A DNA stretch of 64,000 nt from an uncultured Pseudomonadota bacterium (GTDB lineage Bacteria > Pseudomonadota > Alphaproteobacteria > JACZXZ01). Location of the stretch: contig CAVVLJ010000002.1 of the NCBI GenBank assembly GCA_963749075.1, positions 32,001 to 96,000 of the forward strand, given 5' to 3'. The translations under genes and the position numbers were made by a program. Shown in pieces: positions 1 through 9,937 of the stretch. Positions within the stretch are counted from its first letter, which is position 1. The number at the start of each line of letters is the position of its first letter. The notes below the pieces were generated by a model, which saw only the letters and a list, made by a program, of their open reading frames with translations, made no database searches and was not told where the DNA came from.

Positions 1-145
1 CGGCGATCACCAGGATGCCCTGGGGCGGCATGAAGGCGCGCGTGGTACCGCGCAGCGGATAGGCATATTGGAAGGTGCCGAAGGACGGCGCATAGGCGGG
101 AAAGACGCACAGGATCTTGCGCCGATTGCGGACCGAAAGCGGCAT
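1..145 (-). CDS. hpnP: Hopanoid C-2 methylase, B12-binding radical SAM protein (5' part only, runs off the window)
   Basis: Manual translation of the minus strand from ATG at 145 gives MPLSVRNRRKILCVFPAYAPSFGTFQYAYPLRGTTRAFMPPQGILVIA, matching the HpnP N-terminal pattern RILCVFPxYxxSFGTFxxxYPL...AFMPPQGLLVIA. GGAG/GGAGG lie upstream. Not in the ORF track. Confidence 0.85.
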   Translation of the reverse strand, partial: MPLSVRNRRKILCVFPAYAPSFGTFQYAYPLRGTTRAFMPPQGILVIA

Positions 146-451
146 CTCCGGGCGCCTCCATCGCACAGTCATGCCCGCCTTCGGCCGCCGAGCGGGCCCC
201 AGGCGAAGCGCGGGGAGAGGCGCAAACACCGCATTCCGCCGGTCCCCGCGGACAGGGACCGGGTTCCTCCCCCGCGGCCTCGAGTTTGCCTTTTTGGCGG
301 CTCTTTGACAATCGCCGCGTAGCCGGCTCCTCCGCTTGGCAAAGTGCCGCGGATTCCCGTTGCAACGGTTTGGCGTGCATACTCTATTTGGCGAGGGAGC
401 GGTGCTGCGCCGAGGCAATGCCGGACGCCGCTCCAATGGAGGGCGGTGGCG

Positions 452-1603
452 ATGGCGGGAGCCTTGGCGGGTCTCAGCGTGCTCGATCTGACGCAGCATC
501 TCTCGGGCCCCTATTGCGCCATGCTGCTCGCCGATCAAGGCGCCGACGTGATCAAGATCGAGAAGCCCGGCGGCGACGACGCGCGCCGCATGCCGCCCTT
601 CGTCGGCGGCGAGGGTGCGCCCTTCATGCTGTGGAACCGCAACAAGCGGAGCGTCGTCCTCGACCTCAAGAGCACGGACGGCCTCGCCTCTTTCGAGAAG
701 CTCGCGCGCGGCGCCGACGTGCTGATCGAGAACTTCCGGCCGGGGACCGCCGAGCGCATGGGCATCGGCTACGGCCGCTTGGCGGCGCGGAACCCGCGGC
801 TCGTCTATTGCTCGATCTCCGGCTTCGGGCAGAGCGGGCCCTATCGCGGCCGCGGGGGCTTCGATCTCATGATCCAGGCCATGTCGGGCCTGATGTCCGT
901 GAACGGCGATCCGCACGGCCCGCCCATGCGGCTCCCCGTCGCGATCTCCGACGTGGCGGCGGGCCTCTTCGGCGCGGTCGGCATCCTCTCGGCACTCGCT
1001 GCGCGCGAGCGCACGGGGCGCGGCCAAGAGGTCGACGTCTCGCTCTATGAGTCGGCGGTCGCCTTCGGCGTCTACGAGGCGGCGCATTACTTCGCCACGG
1101 GAGAGAACCCGCCGCGCCTGGGTCAGGCCCATCGCGGCAGCTCGCCCTACCAGGTGTTCCGCACCAAGGACGGCTGGATCACGCTGGGCGGCGGCACCCA
1201 GGAGCTCTGGCTGCGCATCTGCCGCCTGCTCGGCTGCGAGGAGCTCGCCCGCGACCCGCGCTTCAGCGACAACGCTGCACGCGTCGCCAACAACGCCGCA
1301 TTGGTCGAACTCCTCGAGCCGCGCCTCGCGCGCGAGAGCAACGCCCATTGGCTGGCGCTCCTAGGCGAGCACGGCGTTCCGGCGGGGCCGGTCATGAGCC
1401 ACGCCGAGCTCTTCGCCGATCCCCAGGCGCGCGCCCGCGAGATGGCGGTCGAGGTCAAGCACCCGAGCGCCGGACGCATGAGGACGCTCGGCGTGCCGGT
1501 CAAGCTCTCCGAGACCGCGGGCGGCGTGCGGCGCCCGGCGCCGCTCCTCGGCGAGCACACGGCGGAGGTGTTAGCCGAGCTCGCGCGCACCGCGGCGGAG
1601 TAG
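452..1603 (+). CDS. CoA-transferase family III (CaiB/BaiF)
   Basis: Motifs LAGLSVLDLT, GADVIKIE, NRNKRS, ENFRPG, SISGFG, GFDLMIQAMSG and terminal APLLGEHT. ATG at 452 follows GGAGG. Confidence 0.95.
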   Translation: MAGALAGLSVLDLTQHLSGPYCAMLLADQGADVIKIEKPGGDDARRMPPFVGGEGAPFMLWNRNKRSVVLDLKSTDGLASFEKLARGADVLIENFRPGTAERMGIGYGRLAARNPRLVYCSISGFGQSGPYRGRGGFDLMIQAMSGLMSVNGDPHGPPMRLPVAISDVAAGLFGAVGILSALAARERTGRGQEVDVSLYESAVAFGVYEAAHYFATGENPPRLGQAHRGSSPYQVFRTKDGWITLGGGTQELWLRICRLLGCEELARDPRFSDNAARVANNAALVELLEPRLARESNAHWLALLGEHGVPAGPVMSHAELFADPQARAREMAVEVKHPSAGRMRTLGVPVKLSETAGGVRRPAPLLGEHTAEVLAELARTAAE

Positions 1604-1749
1604 CCCATCGCGTCTTGCTCGTTTCTCTCCTTAGCGTCGGGGAAAGCGATTGTGCTAAGCTCCTCGATCGCTTCGTCATTGCCGGCGAGCTCGAACGGCC
1701 GTCGGCGGGGGTAGCCCGGAGCAGCGAGCAGCGAGCAGGGAGCAGCGCT

Positions 1750-2310
1750 ATGTTTGATCTCGACGGGTTTATTGCCGACTGTCGGACCGCCGTCGGCGCG
1801 GACCCGACCCACAAGGCGGTACGGGAGATCGTCGCCCGTGCCGTTGCCGAACCTGGTGCCGTGCTCAAGGCCGTCGGCGAGCCGCGCGAGGCCGGGGTCA
1901 AGAAAATCTATCACGCCGGCGATCTGACGATCCTCAACGTGATCTGGGCGCCGATGATGACGATCATGCCGCATGACCATCGCATGTGGGCCGTGATCGG
2001 AGTCTATACCGGGCGCGAGGACAACATGTTCTGGCGCCGGCTCGACGGTGCCCCGGGCCGAGCCGGGATCGAGGCGGCCGGGGCGCGGGCGCTGAGCGTC
2101 GGCGACGCCGAGCCCTTGGGCCGCGACATCGTCCATTCGGTGACCAACCCGATCCCGCGCCTGACCGGCGCCCTCCACGTCTATGGCGGCGATTTCTTTG
2201 CCGTCGCGCGCAGCGAATGGGATGCCGAGACGCTGACGGAGCGGCCGTACGACATGGAGAAGAACATCCGCCTCTTTGCCGAGGCGAACGCCCGCTTCGC
2301 GCGGGTCTGA
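1750..2310 (+). CDS. Cysteine-dioxygenase-like cupin protein
   Basis: MFDLDGFIADC start; PHDH...GREDN...IVHSVTNP...ALHVYGG pattern of 3-His CDO-like cupins. Confidence 0.8.
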   Translation: MFDLDGFIADCRTAVGADPTHKAVREIVARAVAEPGAVLKAVGEPREAGVKKIYHAGDLTILNVIWAPMMTIMPHDHRMWAVIGVYTGREDNMFWRRLDGAPGRAGIEAAGARALSVGDAEPLGRDIVHSVTNPIPRLTGALHVYGGDFFAVARSEWDAETLTERPYDMEKNIRLFAEANARFARV

Positions 2311-2364
2311 GCACACGCCGCGCCGCGGCCGATGCGGGAGCCGTTGGCCGTGGCGGAGGTAACC

Positions 2365-4746
2365 ATGCCGCAAGACGGCTCGCGACAACGCATCCGGGGC
2401 TATTGCGCGCTCTGCCGCTCGCGCTGCGGTGCCGTCTCCGTGGTCGAGGACGGCCGCCTCGTGGCGCTCGAGCCCGATCCCGAGCATCCGACGGGGCGTG
2501 CGCTCTGCGCCAAGGGGCGCGCTGCACCCGAGCTCGTCCACAGCCCCGACCGCCTGCTCCATCCGATCAAGCGCACGCGGCCCAAGGATGAAGCGGATCC
2601 CGGCTGGCAGCGCATCGGCTGGGACGAGGCGCTCGACACGACTGCGCGGGCGCTCGGGCGGTTGCGCCGGGAGAGCGGCGCCGAGAGCGTCGCCTTCTCC
2701 GTTACCACGCCGAGCGGCACGGCGCTCTCGGACGGCATCCTTTGGATCGAGCGCCTCATCAATGCCTTCGGCAGCCCCAACTGGGTCTATGGCACCGAGC
2801 TCTGCAATTGGCACAAGGACTACGCGCGCGCCTTCACCTTCGGCGTCGGCGTCACGGCGCCCGATTACGAGCGCACCGGCTGCGTGCTCTTCTGGGGGCA
2901 CAACCCGAGCACCGCCTGGCTCACCCACGCGAGCGCGGCCGCCGCGGCCAAGGCGCGCGGCGCCAAGCTCATCGTCGTCGATCCGCGCCAGGCCGGGCTC
3001 GCCAACAAGGCCGATCTTTGGCTGCGCGTGCGGCCGGGCTCGGACGGCGCCCTCGCCCTCGCCGTGGCCGGCGTCATGATCGAGGAGGGCTGGTACGACC
3101 GCGACTTCATGCGCGATTGGAGCAACGGCCCGCTCCTCGTCCATCCGGCAAGCGGGCGCTTCCTCACTGCGGCCGATCTCGCGGCGGGCGGCGGCGCGGA
3201 GGAGCTCGTCGCCTGGGACGAGGTGCGCGGGTGCCCCATACTCTACGATCCCCGGAGCGGCGTTTATGAGAGCGCTGCGGCGCGCCCGGCGCTCCTCGGC
3301 AGCTATGAGCTCGAGACGAGCGCCGGACGTTTCGCCTGCCCGACCGCGTTCGAGCTCTACCGCGGGCTCTGCCGGCGCTATACGCCCGAGCGGGCGGCCG
3401 AGATTTGCTGGCTGAAGCCCGGGGAGGTGCGCGCCATGGCGCGCCTCCTCCACGAGAGCCGGCCCGTCGCCTATTACGGCTGGACCGGCGTCGGCCAGCA
3501 CACCAACGCGACGCAGACCGACCGCGCCATCGCCCTCGTATGCGCGCTCACCGGCAGCTTCGATGCGCCCGGCGGCAACGTCATCTTCGCGCGCGTGCCG
3601 GTGGGCGACGTGCGCGGCGCCGAGCTCATGCCGGCGGGCCAGCGCCTGAAGACGATCGGCCTCGCCGAGCGGCCGCTCGGCCCGCCCCGCGGCGGCTGGG
3701 TCACCGGGCGCGATCTCTACGACGCCATCCTCACGGGTAAGCCCTATACCGTGCGCGGCCTCGTGGGCTTCGGCGCCAATCTTCTCGTCGCCCACGCGGA
3801 CGCGGCGCGCGGCAATGAGGCGCTCCGCCGTCTCGAGTTCTTCGTGCACGCGGATCTCTTCATGACGCCGACGGCCGCGCTCGCCGACATCGTGCTGCCG
3901 GTGGCGAGCGCCTGGGAGCGCGACGGCCTGCGCACCGGCTTCGAGGTGAGCCAGGCCGCCGAAAGCTTGGTGCAGTACCGCGTGCCGGTCGTGCCCCCGC
4001 GCGGCGAAGCACGCTCGGACAGCGCCATCGTCTTCGACCTCGCCCAGCGGCTCGGCCTCGGCAAGGACTTCTGGGACGGCGATCTCGAGGCCGGCTATCG
4101 CGCCATCCTCGCCCCCTCGGGCCTCTCGCTCGAGGCGCTCCGCGCTCAGCCGGGCGGCATCCGAGTGCCGCTTGCGACGCGCTTTCGCAAATACGCCGGC
4201 GACGGCAGCGGCCCGCCGCCCGGCTTCGCGACGCCCACGCGCAAGGTCGAGGTCTATTCGGAGCAGCTCCTCGCGCACGGCCAGGCGCCGCTCCCCGACT
4301 TCGTCGAGCCCGCGGTGGGACCCGTGAGCCGCCCCGATCTCGCCGAGCGCTTCCCCCTCGTGCTCACCAGCGCCAAGACGCCGCAGTACTGCCACAGCCA
4401 GCAGCGCAATCTGCCGCGCCTGCGCCGCCTCGTGCCGGACCCGCTCGTCGAGATGCATCCCATGACCGCCGCCGCGCGCGGTATTGCCGAGGGCGACTGG
4501 GTGTCGATCAGGACGCCGCACGGCGAGGTCCGCGCCCGTGCCCGCTTGCGCGCGAGCCTGGACGCGCGGGTCGTCGCCGGCCAGCACGGCTGGTGGCAGG
4601 CCTGCCGCGAGCTCGGCCTCGAGGGCTACCCCGCCCTCGGGCCGGGAAGCGCCAACTTCAACGCCATCATCAACGCGGACGCCGCCGACCCCATCAGCGG
4701 CGCTCCCGCCCACCGCTCCTTCCTCTGCGAGGTCTCCAAGCTCTGA
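2365..4746 (+). CDS. Molybdopterin (bis-PGD)-dependent oxidoreductase, DMSO reductase superfamily
   Basis: N-terminal CxxCxxxC...CAKG Fe-S motif, DRLLHP, LIVVDPR, ADIVLP and C-terminal HSQ...VEMHP binding domain. GGAGG precedes ATG 2365. Confidence 0.93.
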   Translation: MPQDGSRQRIRGYCALCRSRCGAVSVVEDGRLVALEPDPEHPTGRALCAKGRAAPELVHSPDRLLHPIKRTRPKDEADPGWQRIGWDEALDTTARALGRLRRESGAESVAFSVTTPSGTALSDGILWIERLINAFGSPNWVYGTELCNWHKDYARAFTFGVGVTAPDYERTGCVLFWGHNPSTAWLTHASAAAAAKARGAKLIVVDPRQAGLANKADLWLRVRPGSDGALALAVAGVMIEEGWYDRDFMRDWSNGPLLVHPASGRFLTAADLAAGGGAEELVAWDEVRGCPILYDPRSGVYESAAARPALLGSYELETSAGRFACPTAFELYRGLCRRYTPERAAEICWLKPGEVRAMARLLHESRPVAYYGWTGVGQHTNATQTDRAIALVCALTGSFDAPGGNVIFARVPVGDVRGAELMPAGQRLKTIGLAERPLGPPRGGWVTGRDLYDAILTGKPYTVRGLVGFGANLLVAHADAARGNEALRRLEFFVHADLFMTPTAALADIVLPVASAWERDGLRTGFEVSQAAESLVQYRVPVVPPRGEARSDSAIVFDLAQRLGLGKDFWDGDLEAGYRAILAPSGLSLEALRAQPGGIRVPLATRFRKYAGDGSGPPPGFATPTRKVEVYSEQLLAHGQAPLPDFVEPAVGPVSRPDLAERFPLVLTSAKTPQYCHSQQRNLPRLRRLVPDPLVEMHPMTAAARGIAEGDWVSIRTPHGEVRARARLRASLDARVVAGQHGWWQACRELGLEGYPALGPGSANFNAIINADAADPISGAPAHRSFLCEVSKL

Positions 4747-4755
4747 GCGCTGGCC

Positions 4756-4779
4756 CCCTCTGCCGCTTGCGGGAGAGGG
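4756..4779. repeat. Short palindromic element, family A (CCCTCTxCCGCTTGCGGGAGAGGG)
   Basis: Hairpin between convergent genes, similar to 35614-35639 and 55747-55770. May act as a terminator. Confidence 0.6.
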
Positions 4780-4794
4780 ATTTCTCCCCCTCGC

Positions 4795-5217
4795 TCAGGG
4801 GGCGGCCGTCGCGTAACTGGCGCGGCCGACCGCCACGAGCTGGCCCGTGTCGTTCGCGATGTCGACGTTGACCACGCCCACGCTCTTGCCGCTGCGCCGC
4901 ACGCGGGCGGTCGCGGTGAGCGCCGTGCCGATCGCCGGGCGCAGGTAATCGACGCGGAAGTTGATGGTCGGCAGCGGCCGCCCGAGCATCATGATGAGCG
5001 CATAATCGCCGACCGTGTCGATGACGGCGGCGATCGGACCGCCGTGCCATTGGCCGCTTCCAGGCCCGCGCTCGAACTCGGGCCGCATGGTCAGGCGCAT
5101 GACCACTTCCTGCTTCTCGGGATCGGCGCTCACCACCTCGAGGCCGAGGAAGCTGATGAAGGGGGAGCGGGAGAGCCTCTCCTGGAGCTCCTCGCGGCTC
5201 AAGGGTACCGTGCTCAC
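4795..5217 (-). CDS. PaaI-family thioesterase (hotdog fold)
   Basis: SPFISFLG, HGGPIAAVID, TINFRVDYLRP. GTG start overlaps the upstream stop. Confidence 0.92.
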   Translation of the reverse strand: MSTVPLSREELQERLSRSPFISFLGLEVVSADPEKQEVVMRLTMRPEFERGPGSGQWHGGPIAAVIDTVGDYALIMMLGRPLPTINFRVDYLRPAIGTALTATARVRRSGKSVGVVNVDIANDTGQLVAVGRASYATAAP

Positions 5218-6227
5218 GGCGTCACCACCAGCTTGCCGAAGATCTCGCGGTCCTCGATGCGGCGCAGCGCCTCGCGCGCCTCATGAAGCGGGAAGGTGGC
5301 CTCCACCAGCACCTTGAGCTTGCCGCTCGCGACGAGCCCGAGAAGCGCCGTCACGTCCTCCCGCGCCCAGCCGTTCGAGCCCTGGATCGTGAGCTCGAAG
5401 GTCCAGATGAAGCGGATGTCCTCCGGCGGATCGTAGCCCGCTGTGGCGCCGCAGGTGAGGAGCCGCCCGCCCACGCGCAGGCAGCGCATGGAGCGCGTCC
5501 AGGTCTCGCCGCCGGTATAGTTCACCACCACGTCGACGCCGCGGTCGCTGCCCTCGCCGCGGCGAACCGGCTTGCCGTAGAGTGCGTGGACCTCCCGCAC
5601 GAAATCGCGCTCGTGGTAATTGATCGCATGGTCTGCGCCGAGGGCGATGAGGCGGGCCGCCTTCTCGTCGCTGCCGGCGCAGGCGATCACGCGGGCGCCC
5701 GCGAGCTTGGCAAGCTGGAGTGCGCACACGCCGACGCCGCCGCTCGCCCCCAGGATGAGCACCTTTTCGCCATGCGAGACCTTGCCGTTCGTCACCATCA
5801 TGCGCATGGCGGTGCCGTAGGCGCAGGGCAGTGCCGCCGCATCGACGTAGGAGACACCGTCGGGGATGCGGATGAGCTGGTGCGCGCGCGCGCGGCAGAG
5901 CTCGGCCAACCCGCCGTGCACGGTCTCGCCCATGAGGCCGCCCTCGACGCGGTTGATCGGGTCGATGAGCACGCGCTCGCCGGTCTCCCAGCCCGCGACG
6001 CCCGGTCCGAGGGCCAGGATCTCGCCTGCGATGTCGAGCCCCATGATGGCGGGCAGCGGCACCTTGATGCCCGGCATGCCGCGGCGCGTGAAGATGTCGT
6101 GGTAATTGAGCGACGTCGCCTTGACCTTCACCAGCACGTCGCCCTCGCCGATCCTGGGATCGGGAAAGTCGGGCTCGAGACGGAGCCGGTCCAAGCCGCC
6201 GTGCTCGCGCAACACCAATGCCTTCAT
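5214..6227 (-). CDS. Zinc-binding/MDR-family dehydrogenase (quinone oxidoreductase-like)
   Basis: MKALVL start, SLNYHD, GASGGVG nucleotide-binding motif, terminal GKLVV. Confidence 0.92.
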   Translation of the reverse strand: MKALVLREHGGLDRLRLEPDFPDPRIGEGDVLVKVKATSLNYHDIFTRRGMPGIKVPLPAIMGLDIAGEILALGPGVAGWETGERVLIDPINRVEGGLMGETVHGGLAELCRARAHQLIRIPDGVSYVDAAALPCAYGTAMRMMVTNGKVSHGEKVLILGASGGVGVCALQLAKLAGARVIACAGSDEKAARLIALGADHAINYHERDFVREVHALYGKPVRRGEGSDRGVDVVVNYTGGETWTRSMRCLRVGGRLLTCGATAGYDPPEDIRFIWTFELTIQGSNGWAREDVTALLGLVASGKLKVLVEATFPLHEAREALRRIEDREIFGKLVVTP

Positions 6228-6264
6228 CGCCTTTGCCCCACTCTCGATCTCCTCCGCGCGGCGC

Positions 6265-7845
6265 TCAGCTGCCGTCCTCGGCGAGCCGCGCGAGCGCCCG
6301 CCGGTCGATCTTGTTGGTGCCCGCAAGCGGCAGGGCGTCCAAGAACCAGACCCGCCGCGGATGCTGGTAGGCGGGCGCGTGGGCGAGGGCGAATTCCTTG
6401 ACCTCCTGCTCGGTAAGCACCACCCCCGGCTGCACGACGACGAAGGCGACGGGCTTCTGCCATTTGAGCTCGTCCTTGACCGGCACCACGCAGGCCTGGT
6501 GCACCGCCGGGTGGCGCTCGAGCATCTTCTCGACCTCGCCCGGATAGATGTTCTCGCCGCCGCACACGAACATGTCGTCGGCGCGGCCGACGAAGAAGAA
6601 GAAGCCCTGGGCGTCGCGGTGGAAGACGTCGCCCGTCACGTAGTAGCCGTCCGCCGTCATGGCCTTCCGCGTCGCCTCGGGCAGCTTGTGATACTCGCTC
6701 ATCAAGGCGGGGCATTTCATCTCGAGAACGCCTTCCTCGGCCGCACCGCCGCCGCCGCCCGCGAGGCGCAACTCGACCTCGGGATGGGCGCAGCCGAGCG
6801 AGAGGAGCGGCGTTGCGAGCCCCGCCGGGTGCGGTGCGAAGACGATGGGGCCGGCCTCGGTGGTGCCATAGCCGTTGCTCATCGCGGCGCGCGGGAAGAG
6901 GGCGCTGAGCGCCTCAGCCAGCGCCTGCGACACCGGCGCCGAGCCCATGCGCAGCGCCGTGACGGAGGCGAGGTCGGTCTCATGGAGGCGGCGCTCCTCG
7001 CGCAGCATCATCGCCATCATGGTCGGCACCGAGGTGAGCAGCGTCGGCCGATAGCGGCCGATCGCCTCGATGTAGCTCGCGGCCGCGAAGGCGGGGAGGA
7101 GCACCACGGTGTCGTGCAGCGCCAATGCGGTCTGGCACGTCGAGAGCGCATTCATATGATAAAGGGGTGCCGCCACGAGCGTGCGCTGGTCCGCGCCAGG
7201 CTTCGCGCGCGCACGCACGTCGAGGACCCAGAGATGGCTCTCGTGCGACAGCACGACGCCCTTCGGCCGGCCCGTCGAGCCCGAGGTGTAGAGGAACATC
7301 GCGGTCTCGCCCGGTGCCGGACGCACGGCGGCAAAGGAGCCCGGCGACATCAGCCGCTCGAAGCCGTCCTCCCCCGTGCCGCCGAAAAGCCGCCGCGGAA
7401 GGTCCGGCGGCGAGAGGGCCAGCCGCTCGGCATCGGCGAGGACGAGCTTGGCATCGGCGTCGCGGAGGATGTAGTCGACGGTCTCGCGCGGCAGCTTGGT
7501 ATTGACCGGCACCGAGACGAGCCCGGCCCGCATGGTGCCGAGGAAGGCCGTGAGAAATTCCGCGCGATTGCCGGAGAGGATGGCGACGCGGTCGCCGCGC
7601 GAGAGGCCCGAGGCCAGGAGGCCGCGCGCCGCCGCGTCGCTCAGCTCGTCGATCTCGCGGAAGGAGTAGGTGCGCGGGCCCGCCTCGCCGCCGAGATCGA
7701 TGAGCGCCGGCGCCTCGCCGTCGCCTGCGCGGTTCACGGCGTCACCCTGGTTGTCGATGTGGCGCCGGCCCGCCGCACGCGCTAGTGCGGCTCCCCATGT
7801 CCGCCGCTCGATGTCCCCGCTCCCCTCCATGACCGGCCCGCTCAC
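6265..7845 (-). CDS. Class I adenylate-forming enzyme (acyl-CoA synthetase)
   Basis: [41 protein letters not shown]. Start could instead be ATG 7830. Confidence 0.93.
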   Translation of the reverse strand: MSGPVMEGSGDIERRTWGAALARAAGRRHIDNQGDAVNRAGDGEAPALIDLGGEAGPRTYSFREIDELSDAAARGLLASGLSRGDRVAILSGNRAEFLTAFLGTMRAGLVSVPVNTKLPRETVDYILRDADAKLVLADAERLALSPPDLPRRLFGGTGEDGFERLMSPGSFAAVRPAPGETAMFLYTSGSTGRPKGVVLSHESHLWVLDVRARAKPGADQRTLVAAPLYHMNALSTCQTALALHDTVVLLPAFAAASYIEAIGRYRPTLLTSVPTMMAMMLREERRLHETDLASVTALRMGSAPVSQALAEALSALFPRAAMSNGYGTTEAGPIVFAPHPAGLATPLLSLGCAHPEVELRLAGGGGGAAEEGVLEMKCPALMSEYHKLPEATRKAMTADGYYVTGDVFHRDAQGFFFFVGRADDMFVCGGENIYPGEVEKMLERHPAVHQACVVPVKDELKWQKPVAFVVVQPGVVLTEQEVKEFALAHAPAYQHPRRVWFLDALPLAGTNKIDRRALARLAEDGS

Positions 7846-7861
7846 GGCGCTCGTCCCGCCC

Positions 7862-8707
7862 CTACTCGACGAACTCGAGCGTCACGTTCATCGCCGCCCG
7901 GGCCGGCACCAGGATGCGCCACGGCTCGACGCGCACGCCCGTAATGCCGCCCGCCGCGAGCGCTGCTTGAGCCTTCGGGAGCGCCGTGGTGCGGAGTGCG
8001 AGGAGCGCCATATAGTCCGCGCGGCCCGCGGGGTCGGGCGCGGCCTCGCCCAGCTTCTCCGCCAGCGCCGCGTGCGTGACGAACTCGACCTCGGCCGTCC
8101 CTGCCGCGAGCCTCCGCGAGCCGCCGGGTCCGGCACTCACCGCGCCCGCCCCGAACATCGCCGCCAGGGCCTCCCCTGCTGCCTGCGGCTCGCCGACCGC
8201 GATGACGATGCGGGCGATGTGGGTGGCGCCGTTCGCGTGGCAGCACCACTCCGGCCGCCACACCAGCTCGGGCGTGAAGTGATGGCAGAAATAGACGCGG
8301 CCGTAGGAGAAGCTGCCGGGGCGGAAGCGCATGACGCGGAACCTGGCGTCCTCTGTTCCTTCGGGCAAGACGACCGGGCGCGAGAAGGAGTTGGGCTCGT
8401 CCGCCGGCAGGCCGAGCGCCTTGAGCTCGCCGTAGAGCTTGTCCGGCGCGTCGGCCTGGAAGACGAGGCCGTTGAGGCCGACCGGATAGCGCGCGATCTC
8501 GGGCCGCGCAGCGCTCGCCGCCCCGTCGAGTCCGAGGAGCTCGAGATAGTCGGTCGCGAAGACGGCGAGATGGTTGCTCGAGCCCATGCTGTGCCGGCTC
8601 AGCGCGGTCATGTGGAAGCCGAGCGCCCGATAGACGGCGAGCGCCTCGTCCAGGCGCCCGCGCGCGTCGACCACCACATGGTCCAGCCGGGGAGGTGCGA
8701 TTGCCAT
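7862..8707 (-). CDS. VOC/glyoxalase-like protein (Glyoxalase_3 type)
   Basis: LDHVVV...LGF...HSMGSSNHL...YLELL; [16 protein letters not shown]. Confidence 0.88.
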   Translation of the reverse strand: MAIAPPRLDHVVVDARGRLDEALAVYRALGFHMTALSRHSMGSSNHLAVFATDYLELLGLDGAASAARPEIARYPVGLNGLVFQADAPDKLYGELKALGLPADEPNSFSRPVVLPEGTEDARFRVMRFRPGSFSYGRVYFCHHFTPELVWRPEWCCHANGATHIARIVIAVGEPQAAGEALAAMFGAGAVSAGPGGSRRLAAGTAEVEFVTHAALAEKLGEAAPDPAGRADYMALLALRTTALPKAQAALAAGGITGVRVEPWRILVPARAAMNVTLEFVE

Positions 8708-8791
8708 AGGGGTCCGCGAAGCTTGGGGCAAGGGCGATCCGAGTGCGGCAGCCTAGCCATTGGCCGCGCTTGAGTCCATGGCGGCGCCGCT

Positions 8792-8968
8792 CGGATTTCC
8801 TCATCCTTCGAGACAGGCCTGTGGCCCTCCTCAGGATGAGGAAATCCGCAAAACGTCGGGGCCGCCTCACCCTGAGGAGCGCGCCGCGGGCCGAAGGCCC
8901 GCTCTCTTGCATGATGCAAAAGAGGCGCGCTTGCGCGCCGGGCGCGCGTCTCGAAGGGCGAGGCGGCC
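8792..8968. repeat. Pair of REP-like palindromes, family C (CCTCATCCT.../GAGGAGC...GTCTCGAAGG)
   Basis: 8792-8848 has perfect outer arms CGGATTTCCTCATCCT/AGGATGAGGAAATCCG. 8860-8968 is an oppositely oriented related copy enclosing three extra small hairpins. Confidence 0.8.
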
Positions 8969-9055
8969 ACAGGCGGTCCGCCTCCGCGAAGGCGATTGCA
9001 TCCTTCGGCGCGGCGTGGCCTATGATCGTGCCGGCAACGTCGGGAAGGCCCGCTC

Positions 9056-9937
9056 GTGAAGCACGCCATCGATCATCTCGTCCTCGCCGTGAGGGACCTC
9101 GACGCGGCGCGCGATTTCTACGCCCGCCTCGGCTTCACGCTCACGCCGCGGGCGCAGCATCCCTTCGGCACGGCCAATCATTTGGCCCAGCTCCAGGGCA
9201 ATTTCCTCGAGCTCCTCGCCGTGGCGGAGCCGGAGCGCGTGCCCGAGGCGGCACCCGGGGAATTCAGCTTCGGCGCCTACAACGCGGCCTTTCTCGCGCG
9301 GCACCAGGGCATGTCGATGCTGGTCTTTCCGAGCGACGACGCGCGGCGCGACCGCGAGTGGTTTGCCGCGCGCGGCCTCGGCAGCTACGCGCCCTACGAC
9401 TTCTCGCGCGCGGCACGGCTGCCCGACGGCAGAAGCGTCACGGTCGCCTTCTCGCTCGCCTTTGCCATGCACCCGGAGATGCCCGATGCCGCCTTCTTCG
9501 TCTGCCAGCAGCACGCGCCGCAATATTTCTGGAAGGCGGAATACCAGCGCCACGCGAACGGCGCGCGGGCGGTGGTGGAGGTGCTGATGCTCGCCGAGGC
9601 GCCGGGGATGCTCGGCGATTTCTTGGCCCGCCTCCTCGAGCCGGCCGCCGCGAGAGAGGAGGGCGGCGCCCTCCGTCTGGCGCTTGAGGGCGGCTCGCTC
9701 ACCATCCTCGATCCCGGACAATTCCGCGTCCGCTACGGTGCCATGGGTGCCTCGCTCGATGCCGCGGCCGGCCCGCGCTTCGCGGGCTATCGCGTGGCGG
9801 TCGAGAGGCTGGAAACCGCCGACGCCATTCTCAGCCGCAATCGGGTGCCGTTCCGCCGCGCGGACGGCAGGCTGCAGATAGCACCCGCGGACGCCTTCGG
9901 GGTGCTCGTCGAGTTCTCGGCTGTGGGCAATGCCTGA
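9056..9937 (+). CDS. VOC/glyoxalase-like protein (Glyoxalase_3 type)
   Basis: IDHLVLAVRDL...LGFTL...HPFGTANHL...FLELL; FVCQQH..HANGA. GTG start. Confidence 0.88.
   Translation: MKHAIDHLVLAVRDLDAARDFYARLGFTLTPRAQHPFGTANHLAQLQGNFLELLAVAEPERVPEAAPGEFSFGAYNAAFLARHQGMSMLVFPSDDARRDREWFAARGLGSYAPYDFSRAARLPDGRSVTVAFSLAFAMHPEMPDAAFFVCQQHAPQYFWKAEYQRHANGARAVVEVLMLAEAPGMLGDFLARLLEPAAAREEGGALRLALEGGSLTILDPGQFRVRYGAMGASLDAAAGPRFAGYRVAVERLETADAILSRNRVPFRRADGRLQIAPADAFGVLVEFSAVGNA

Noticed and set aside
146-450. Possible cobalamin riboswitch upstream of hpnP
   Set aside because: Only a simple hairpin (CCGGTCCC...GGGACCGG) was found; no B12-box or conserved core recognised.
1719-1748. AGCAGCG-like repeat, about four copies
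   Set aside because: Short imperfect microsatellite without spacers; not CRISPR.
1147-4713. Very long antisense or alternate-frame ORFs (e.g. 1147-4713, 36613-38955, 39183-41777, 42538-44874, 44778-47051)
   Set aside because: They shadow well-supported genes, are Arg/Ala/Gly-rich without motifs, and are expected in ~70% GC DNA.
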